Source: Octopus sinensis (taxonomy: Eukaryota). Taken from it: a stretch of 64,000 bases of DNA. This document shows positions 54,201 to 64,000 of the stretch, in pieces. Position numbers and translations under genes: made by a program. The stretch is from positions 1,364,001 through 1,428,000 of the forward strand of contig NC_043002.1 in assembly GCF_006345805.1 (NCBI RefSeq), written 5' to 3'. The stretch's first letter is position 1, and each line of letters begins with the position of its first letter. The notes beneath the pieces were generated by a model. The model was not told the DNA's origin and did no database searches. It was given only the letters and a program-made list of their open reading frames with translations.

Positions 54201-54802
54201 TAGGTGGAAATTGAATAAATCATCATTTGCTCAGTATATTGGATTCATCATTGAAAACACAATCTTAGCTCGAAAACAGAAATCCTTCTCCCATTCTCTA
54301 TAGTATGTCACCATCGATGGCGAGGTATTCAAAACGATCGATCCCATTTCTGTTTATTTACGTAAATAACATTAATCATTTTACGTTCCTTTGTTTACAT
54401 TAGATGCAGACTAATAGATTGGACATTTAATAAAACCATGACCTATACTTAATTACTCGTCTTTTCATTTCGGACCACATATTAGGACTTTTAATGAATA
54501 CTCTGTGGATGTTACTTGCATGTTAACATACCTCACACTACATCGTGGTCAATATGCTTATCAATATGCTAAATAATACAAGTGATTATTTTCAAATTAT
54601 CAAATAACTCAATCTTTCCACATTTATTATAATTCAGTTAAAAAATGACAATTTTCGTAAATTTCTGTAAAAATCTTCACTTCGGTCTGTCTGAGATATA
54701 ACTTCGTTATGTTGTATAATAACCATCTTATCATGACTTCAATACGATTGCACGACAATTAAGTTTAGGTGTTGTATATCTATGCATTATAGATAATTAT
54801 AG

Positions 54803-54962
<160 letters not shown>

Positions 54963-55134
54963 CTGTGTGTGCGTGCGTGATATATATATATGTATTCATA
55001 TATGTATCTGCATATTTATCTTAGTTTAGGTATGTGTATATACGTGTATACACATGTGCGTATGTGTATATGTGTATAAATATATAAATATATATGCATT
55101 GATATATATACATGTATGTATGTGTGTATATGTG

Positions 55135-55185
<51 letters not shown>

Positions 55186-56020
55186 CTATATATATAAATA
55201 AATAAATAAATAAATAAATATATATATATATATAGTGTGTGTGTATGTATATCTGAGTGTATTTACACGTGTGTGTGTGTGTGTCTGGTTTTGTACGTAC
55301 ATGTGTATCCTGATCTATGTACGAATCTGTGCACATATTTATGTATGTGCGTGTGTATCTGTGTATGCATATATGTGTGTATATATATATGTGCATATCT
55401 CTGTGTAAGCATGTATGTCCGTGTATGTATCTACGCCCGAACACACAAAAAAAACAACTTCTCGTCTCAGTTTTATCTTCGTTTCAACTTCTACGTTCTT
55501 TTTTTCTTTCTCTTCACAGTTAAAACAGCGAAAGCTGATTACGTCATTTCATCTAAACTGGAATGTAGACTTTCCACGTTCATATTTGAATTTTTTGCGT
55601 TTCAGTAATTTTTCTTTGCTTTTATTCACTCTCGAATTTGATGGAATTATAGCGGTAAGCAAGCTGACACAAGAAATCTCTAGTGTGACATTTTTACTGA
55701 AGTACTCGAAGAGTATATATATATATATATATCATTAAGAGAGCTCATTCGAAAAGAAATAGATTGAGAACGGAGCAGAGTGAACGATGTGGTGGCAGAG
55801 TAGAAAAAGCATATGTTCTGCTCTACTGCACATGTCCAAGGTTCACAGACTACAGGTGGATTTGTGCAGTTGCCGAGTGGTATTGAAGAGATCGGAAAAG
55901 GTCACCTGGAAGGCTTCCACAATGATGGGAAGACAATTTAGTTAAGTAATGTGGTTCAAGATGGTTCAAGATGGTTCAAAGAATGGCACAATCGAGACAG
56001 AATTTGAAGAACAAGAACAT

Positions 56021-56256
56021 AAGATTGCGATCTGGCAGAAACGTTAGCACACCGGGAAAAATGCTTAGCGGTATTTCGTCTGGCGTTACGTTCTGAGTTC
56101 AATTCCGCCGAGGTCGACTTTGCCTTTCATCCTTTCGGGGTCGATTAAATAAGTACCAGTTAAGCACTGGGGTTGATCAAATCGATTTAATCCGTTTGTC
56201 TGTCCTTGTTTGTCTCCTCTATGTTTGGCCCCTTGTGAGAAATAAAGAAATAAGAA
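56021..56256 (+). mobile_element. ~230-bp tRNA-derived SINE
   Basis: CTGGCAGAAACGTTAGCACACCGGG...CCGCCGAGGTCGACTTTGCCTTTCATCCTTTCGGGGTCG...AATAAAGAAATAAG. Confidence 0.9.
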
Positions 56257-57302
56257 TCTAAAGAACATTGTGACCATGAAGATGGAATAGCATCTGATGA
56301 ACTGGTCATTACTGTGAAGTGCTTAGAATATCCGAGACGAAGGATAATTAAAGAGGTAAATTCAGAAACAAAGGTCAATTAAGATCAATCAACAAATTCC
56401 CAGACGCAACATTTTAAACATATTTAAATATATACACATGCATTAATACATTTTAATGTAGATCAATACCAAAAAGTACCACCTACAAATTTATGGGTTA
56501 AAATATAGTTGTAAAATGTTCGAGGTGAAAATAAAATAAAACAGATATGGATAATGCAGAACAACACAGACTGGGGGTTCTATAATTACAGATCTTCTCT
56601 GTAATTCATTTTTGTTTTTATGTCGACAATTAATAGCATCGAAGTGGCTCTATCAATACGGGTTTCAAGAAAAATAGTTGTAATGGAACGCCTTTAAAGA
56701 AGAGCTGTAATTGTAGAACCACCAGTCTCTATCCTCTCGCCAGTGCATGTCTTTCGCTTAATGTTATACACAAATGTATTTTCAGGGTACCTAATAAACA
56801 GAATAGGGTATATACAATTAGCACTGTAGACTTCAAGAGGAGATACAGGGCCCACTTAAATTACTTCGTAAGCCCTAAGTATAATAATTCTACTACCCTA
56901 GTAGCCTATGTAAATAAACTTAGGGATAACAATTTGAACTACGACTTCTCGTGGACTATCATTGCCGAGACCGCCCCCCCTCCTTGGGGGAAATTCTAAC
57001 AGGTATACTTTATGTTTAGGGAGTCGTAATTGATCCTTAAACTGTATAAAGCTAATGTATTAAACAGGTTTACAGTTGTCATTCTTTCATGCAATCATAA
57101 ACTACTCTTAACACGATAGTGGTTTGAAACCGCAACCAGATGTTAGGAAATATATCAAGAAGCTAGATCTATCTGCACTCTTAAATCTACAGTTGGACAA
57201 CTCCATTGTAAGTTTCTCATCATTCCATTTACATATTAGCTACAAAGCCTATATAGATCTTTGTTATGTTCTAATAGATTATTTCATGATGTAATTCGTT
57301 AT

Positions 57303-57414
57303 GGAGGACGACTTCCTGATGAAGGGGACATTATTTACTAGGATAAGTTAAAGTTTCGAACTTTCTTACCTCACTAAAATGTACTCCAGAAACAGCTGCC
57401 TAATGAGATTCCTC
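57303..57414 (+). other. Degenerate type-I hammerhead-like motif, probable Penelope-like remnant
   Basis: CTGATGA (57316-57322)...GAAAC-AGCT-GCC (57389-57400), with a long imperfect hairpin between them. Confidence 0.45.
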
Positions 57415-57779
57415 TAATAACCGGACTCTTCTTTACAGTGTAATTTTTTACTGAAATGAAGTTATTTGCTCTTTGAACTGTCCAAAATGTTTTGCTACTT
57501 AATGACTTTGACGCTTTCATGTTGTTGTTTGGCTTAATCCATATACGTCTTACTTTATTTGCACCTCAAACTTTTTACCTTATTTACACCTCGAATGTTT
57601 TTACATTCTTTTAATCTATATTTCTATCTATATAATTATTTGTGGTACTTTTACATATATAAATCTATTGATCTGTATTATAATATATTAATGTATGTGT
57701 ATTTTTAAAATTATGTTTAAATTTTGCGTCTGGGAATTTGTTGATTTGAGCTACACTTTGTTTCCGAATTTATCTCTTT

Positions 57780-58266
57780 AATATGTATGTATGTCCGATT
57801 ATCTTTAATACGTATGTATGTATGTCTGTGTGTATGCCTATGTACACGCACACATACACACACACAAACACAAACATACACGCACAAACGAACACAAGCA
57901 TTCACACACACACCAAACACAAACATACAGACACACAGACAATCACAAATATACACACACACACAAACACAAACATACACACAAACACACACACACAAAC
58001 ACAGACATACACATACGCACACACAAACACACAGACACAAGCATGCAGACACACATACAAAACAAACATACACACGCAAACATAGACATACACACACACA
58101 CACATATATACAGATACACACATATACATATAGAGTCTATGGGTATTTAGTGTGTGTGTGTGTTTATTCATTTTACATAGAACGACAAATATTCATAGTT
58201 TGTAATATTCATTACTATATACATAAATTACATATATACATAACTATATATATATATTTTTGTGTG

Positions 58267-58301
<35 letters not shown>

Positions 58302-58464
58302 GTATGCATACATGTATAGATATATGTGTATATACGTGTGTGTGTCTGTGTGTATATAGGTGTATATATGTATATATATATATATTATATATGTATATAT
58401 ATATATGTATATATGTAAATATATATATATACATATGTATATATATATTTATAGTGTGTGTGTG

Positions 58465-58506
<42 letters not shown>

Positions 58507-58513
58507 TACATAC

Positions 58514-58546
<33 letters not shown>

Positions 58547-58600
58547 ATACATATGTATATATACATATTATAGTGTGTGTGTATTTATAGATATATAGAT
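57780..58600. repeat. Compound (CA)n/(TG)n/(TA)n low-complexity tract
   Basis: Direct reading; explains the many ORF-track entries here. Confidence 0.95.
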
Positions 58601-60118
58601 ATATATGTTCACACACAATAGGGAATCAAATATGCAAATGTTAAGTAAACCAGATGGTCTCTATGACATGAAAGTGATTAAAAACGCTAAACATTCTTTC
58701 AAAATTTTGAGCAATCTTGATACATAATTCCTTTGCATAAATTATGTAGCTTTAAAATATAACTGAAAGAGGTCTCTCCTGCATCGACTTTACATGAATA
58801 TTAATGTTTTTGATAATCTTTTTTGCTTTGTGTAAAGTAGTTTCTTTTACAATATATAATATCGTTTTGATTTGTCTCTATTTTAAAAATTACTGATGTT
58901 TTTCCTTCTTCCCTTGTCTCTCAATCGTATTTACATCAGTTGGGAACATATCAGCAAATATATTATTTAACATATTTTTTCCGAAGAATATTTCATTAAA
59001 AACTAAACCATACATCCTGGAAAAATATCGAAAATACATAGAAACTATTTAGAGAATTTCTTTTGAAGTTCCGAGAAGCAGATGGGAATTATCCAGTACT
59101 ACATAGATTCTTTTACATTTTACTCTTAATAAGATGCACATTTTGAATTGAAAACTGATAGTAGACGCTGCTATAAAGTTGATAAAATTCTGAAGTATAA
59201 CCGGCATTATATAATGGACTTTTACAAGATGCACCTGGTCTCAAAATTATGTTTCATCAGTAGATATTGGGATAACTTCTAAGTTTATATTTTTCCTTAG
59301 GGAATGGCAAATTGGAACGATGCATGTATGCATCTGCTTCTATTCTGAAGAGAAAGTTTTTGCGTGATCAAAAGGTATCGATTCTTACTGATAATGTCTG
59401 CTTAAGAAAATTTTTTTTCATTATTCCTCACCCACAGAATTACCAAGCATCATTTCTAAATGTTTGACTTCTTAAAACATTATATTTATTTGAAACACGA
59501 AAAGAAGTTATCCTCTTAATTGTGGAACACCAATAGTTTTATTGATAGTTTTAAATCGAATACATGAATATTTCGTTGTATACTATAATTGTTTAGTAGA
59601 ATTGTTTTGTATTCGCCACAGTATATTTCAACTTGGGTTTGTAAAATCTCTAATATAGTTTCATTTGAGCCTATGCATGTAACGCTTCAATTACGGATCA
59701 AATTCGAAGATAAAAATATATTCTGTACACATCCGCTACCTTAGAGATTACACACGATTCATTGCTAAATCTTTAGTTAACGCTTGCAAGTCCGTATGAT
59801 TTATTAGCGTAACCCATCATTTCGTTACCGTTGTAACATGGACGCTTAAAATATAATGATTTAGTCTCAAGAAGACAATGGCGCTCTCTAGATCCTGCTG
59901 CTCTCGATCCTGTAGAGCGCCAAAGCTTCACTGCAGGAGGGGGAGGTGTCTGAACAAGCTCGCGGTAGTATTCATTTTAGCAGAGCACAGTAGAGAATAG
60001 TTAAAGAAAGTGCTTTTGCTCAAGGGTAAAACGTTCGATCTGGTCCCTGACCGAATACATATGTTCGCAATCTCAACACCACTGACAACTAGCCCATGCA
60101 CCCCTCAATACACACACA

Positions 60119-60157
<39 letters not shown>

Positions 60158-62249
60158 ATTATTGAAATTGTTTTAGAATCATTAACTCAATGACGTAACC
60201 ACTGTACTTCCTTCACTAGGACCACGGGTTCAAATGGAGCTTTATGCAAATAAGTTATGTTGTATATGATATTAAGCTGTGTTACTATATACGAACTATG
60301 GTAGAATTCTATAGATAGATTCTGTCATCTGATTTATACTGCAGTAATGGTTGTGCATTTTATGAAATAAAGATAAAAATATTAGACATCAATTGTCAAG
60401 GTACAACAAATCTCAACCCTATAACAAAATCATACTTTTCAAAGATTTCATCCTCCGAAACCAATGGAGGTATTCATGTTTTGGAAAACTTATGATGCCT
60501 TAAATTGTAATTTTTACCTTGGTTTTTGTAAAAGTGAAAAGTTTCTGCCAAGGTATATGGAATAAAAAAAAATCGATATTACACCACTAAAATTCCAAGA
60601 GAATTCGGCGAAAGAAAACGTTTATGTTATTACGTCATCAGCCAAATTCCTGAATTTCAGTTATGGAATAAAGCCACAAGCCACAAGTAAATTTTAGCTC
60701 AATTTCTAACATTAACGTATTCCTCTGTCTCTAAAAGATCAGCAAGATCTGTAGAGCACCGAAAACGTCACATTTTCACTGATTATTTTATTGGGAAAGA
60801 AACGATTTCCTTTCGTCTAGGTTCTTTCAAAACTTTTCAAAGTTTATCATTTTTGGTAATGAATCATGAACTCATTATCTTCAACTAGTTTTGCTCATTA
60901 TTTTTAATTACACTTAAATATTGCTGCTTGTAACCTTGTTCTCGTTTTAATGCAACTTTTGAAATAAGAGTTCAAGTTTATATGTGCAAATGTTCAAATA
61001 ATACTTGATAAAAATATATAAAAAGACATTTACTATCAATATATTTTGATTTATCCAAAACACTAAATAAGATGGTTTCGTTCAATGTTTAACTGATGGA
61101 CAAAACTTTAGTTAATAGAATAAATAACATACAAAGAATGGTCTGGAATATGTTTCAGAGACTAAACTATTGAAGACATATTCACATGATGCTGGGTATA
61201 GGTCTCATTACAGTTTTTATATTCCATCATTTGGTGATTCCACGTGCATTTTCTAAACTTTCAATGCCTTCTACATGTTAGATAAATAAATTCAAAGCAT
61301 ACGATCCCGCCTTCATAAGGATATGTTGGACTGGATTTTTAATGTCACTTTTTCGTATGTAAAACAAGAAGATGCACTGTAAGAGAAATTTTTCTGCCAT
61401 CCCTTGCAGATCGAACGATCATAGAGAAATACTCTCATTGGCTAACCAGTATGATTTATTAATTACACAACTGATTTACTCGAAACAGCTTTAGTATTAC
61501 ATAAGATATTTGATGAAACTCCTTCAGACATCAGCTGAATTATATGAGCTTTGCAGAAGTTCTTAATAATAAAATAATTATGATGGCAACTAACCCCTTA
61601 TAGATTGCAGTGACCTAATGCTTATTACTTAGCATTTTATCTAAATTCCCCATTTTGTACTCTGTATACGATGTAAAACTTGTTAGGTTTGCTAAGCAAA
61701 AATTCTTGGAACCTCTTACAGATAATTTCTTTAGACCCGACGTTTGTAGAGACAACCACACACAACCAACCAGAGTTAAATATCTTTTTGAAGGCATAAG
61801 CTGATATTCAGTGAAAGTTTAGCAATTTTAAGCAGCTGATTTTGAAATGGAAAAAAAAAAATTAAGATAAATGTGATTTAAGATAAGATGCTGGAAATAA
61901 GTGTGTTCAGATCGTTTCAACGTTAAAATATTTATTTAACTTTGATTATATCAACTCTTGTCTGCTTACAAAACGCAAATACTCTGAGTACAAAACGCTT
62001 GTCTGCTTACAAAACGCAAGTACTCTAAGTTTTACATTTGACATAATTTAGAGTTGTTTTATATTCTTACGTGAATAAGTTTTGACCGTAAACATGTAAA
62101 CAATTTTAGTAAAATTACGATAAATATGGGATTTTAGATAACATTTTCTTAACGAAATGTTTATTGTTTGGGTATGAGGCAGTAAGCGATATTTCCGTGC
62201 TTCATATGCCTAAATATAAACGGAATGGATATTACTATCTTCCAAAGTT

Positions 62250-63330
62250 GCATGGCTGCGACCTCAGTGATGATATTTTGAAATCCACTTGTTTTCAAGA
62301 AGATTCTTTATGGGAAGAACAACATCACTTGGGAGTTAGCGGCGAAACCCTGAATGTTCTTGTTCCCACTTCTGAACCGAAACTTGGGTCTTGGTAAGGA
62401 TTCGTCGGTCTTTATGTACCTTCAGTAAGTCTTTCCCGTTTTTAAGTAAAGACCACCAGGACATATGCCTTAATCGCACCACATATGCTGGAGAGCATGA
62501 AATTTCTCAAGATGTTCAATAGAAAGAAAAATTGTCAGCTTGTGACAGAACTGTCTTCGTGATTTGAGGCTTCACGGACAACCATGAGGCAGAATTCTAC
62601 ATGGAACTATTTCAGACACCTAGTATAGAACTAGAGTAAAACTGGTTGTTGGATATTCCTGAAAGACTAATATTTGAAAATAATTTTACTAATTTAAGGA
62701 AAACATAAGTTCGTACCTAGAAGATGAAGGCGAGTACTACAGCCGGAATGCAATGGAGTTTGAACGCCTCTCCCGAGAATCAAATAACACAAAAACTGAA
62801 GGGCGACGATATTTAGCGACTGATACGTGAAAGTAATTTACAGTACAATCATAAATCTTGAAAAACTGCTCACGTCTTAGTTACCATGACTACTTTTGTA
62901 GAAATACTCGTAAATATGAGTGATGTGTTGTTTCTACTGACGTTATTTGAATGGAAATATACAAAGTCGCTTGTTTACCACTGAAAAGGATCTCAAAATA
63001 TCATTAAACCGGGAACAAAAGCAAAGCTTGCAGACAATATCTGCCATTGTCGCTATTTTTCCAGCACAAGCTGGAACAACACTTGATAAGGAATCTGCAA
63101 ACAACAAATAACACTTAATAAGGAATCAGAAACCTTTAAATACTTTGAAGGCAACATAGGAACATAAAGCCTCTTGCATAATGTAATCTATGCGAAGTAC
63201 AGACATATCAACAACATCGCTAGAATTTCCATAATTCATAGACTAGAAATAAGATTTTGTCTTACATTTGAACATTGTTGAAAGAAAGCTCCGGCACCAG
63301 TTTTCGTTAGTTTATGTCATAAATAGATTC
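62250..63330 (-). mobile_element. Very old RTE-like LINE remnant
   Basis: Scattered remnants in RTE order (LWK, LFADS, VLY-VSE, EKFH, RPKFRF) with many stops; may extend to ~63950. Confidence 0.35.
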
Positions 63331-64000
63331 TCTCAATGTTTTGTCTATTATCAGACGGTATTGCTTGGTTTGTCTTTGAATAACTTTATGAAAAATAAAT
63401 AAAACTATTGAAACATGATAAGAAAATGGAAACGATAATGAAATAACTTCAATATTTTTCTTGACTATTAAAGATTTCTAAGAAAATCGAAAGACGTAAA
63501 ACAGTAAAATATTAAAGAATACCAGATGTAACTAAAGAGCTCAGATTCGGTTTAAACGACAGCTTAGCAGCTGCTTTTGTGCTATCATACGACTAAACCG
63601 TTGCTTAGAGTGTACATGCTAAAAAAAAATCATTAGTTGATTTACACTCAGTAACCTGTCATTCATCAGCATGTGGTGAACACGACCATTGTTTTCCGCA
63701 TTGGTGGCACATGAAATATCCATGGGATTTGGAGCTTGGTTCCAACACTAAGCCAAGAAACTACTTTCGCCTCCAAGACATATTTATGTCAGCTGTTGCA
63801 GATGGAGCTTGTGTCTTCTCTGCCTTATGACTACTTCAATCAGCTTCTTTTTCTTCGCTGATGTGAAGCCACGGGTTTCGAATTTCTGGCCTGCCTTGCT
63901 TTGATTACGTTGCCCTTCTTTTTACTTGTTCCTTCATATTACGTAGATGTCCCATTTCTATAATAGGACAGTTAAGGTTTAACGAAAAATTTAGCGCAAC

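Overview
AT-rich, microsatellite-dense eukaryotic DNA. The SINE families and repeat style suggest a cephalopod, probably Octopus (inference). I found no host protein-coding gene I can support; nearly all ORF-track entries are microsatellite translations or transposon fragments. The window is mostly mobile elements. (1) A CR1/L2-type LINE ORF2 runs stop-free for 589 codons off the left edge (1769->3, minus) and is missing from the ORF track. (2) Three near-identical young R4/Dong-clade LINEs (RT plus C-terminal CCHC and PD-(D/E)xK restriction-like endonuclease) and three older, divergent Dong fragments. (3) Three RTE remnants, a CR1 3' end, two mariners, a TIR-bounded Tc1/maT-like element, a non-autonomous Helitron, tRNA-derived SINEs, and probable MULE and Chapaev3 relics. 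The most notable structure is two oppositely oriented head-to-tail chains of elements joined only by (TAA)n tracts (16.7-20.6 kb plus; 26.8-32.7 kb minus). Both follow the order old Dong 3' end > young Dong(s) > the same unclassified non-coding element. Also notable are hammerhead-ribozyme-like cores in small TA-associated units (34.1 and 57.3 kb), several fold-back or inverted-repeat elements beside (TA)n tracts, and a (GAA)n expansion inside a Dong ORF. All translations and alignments were done by eye.
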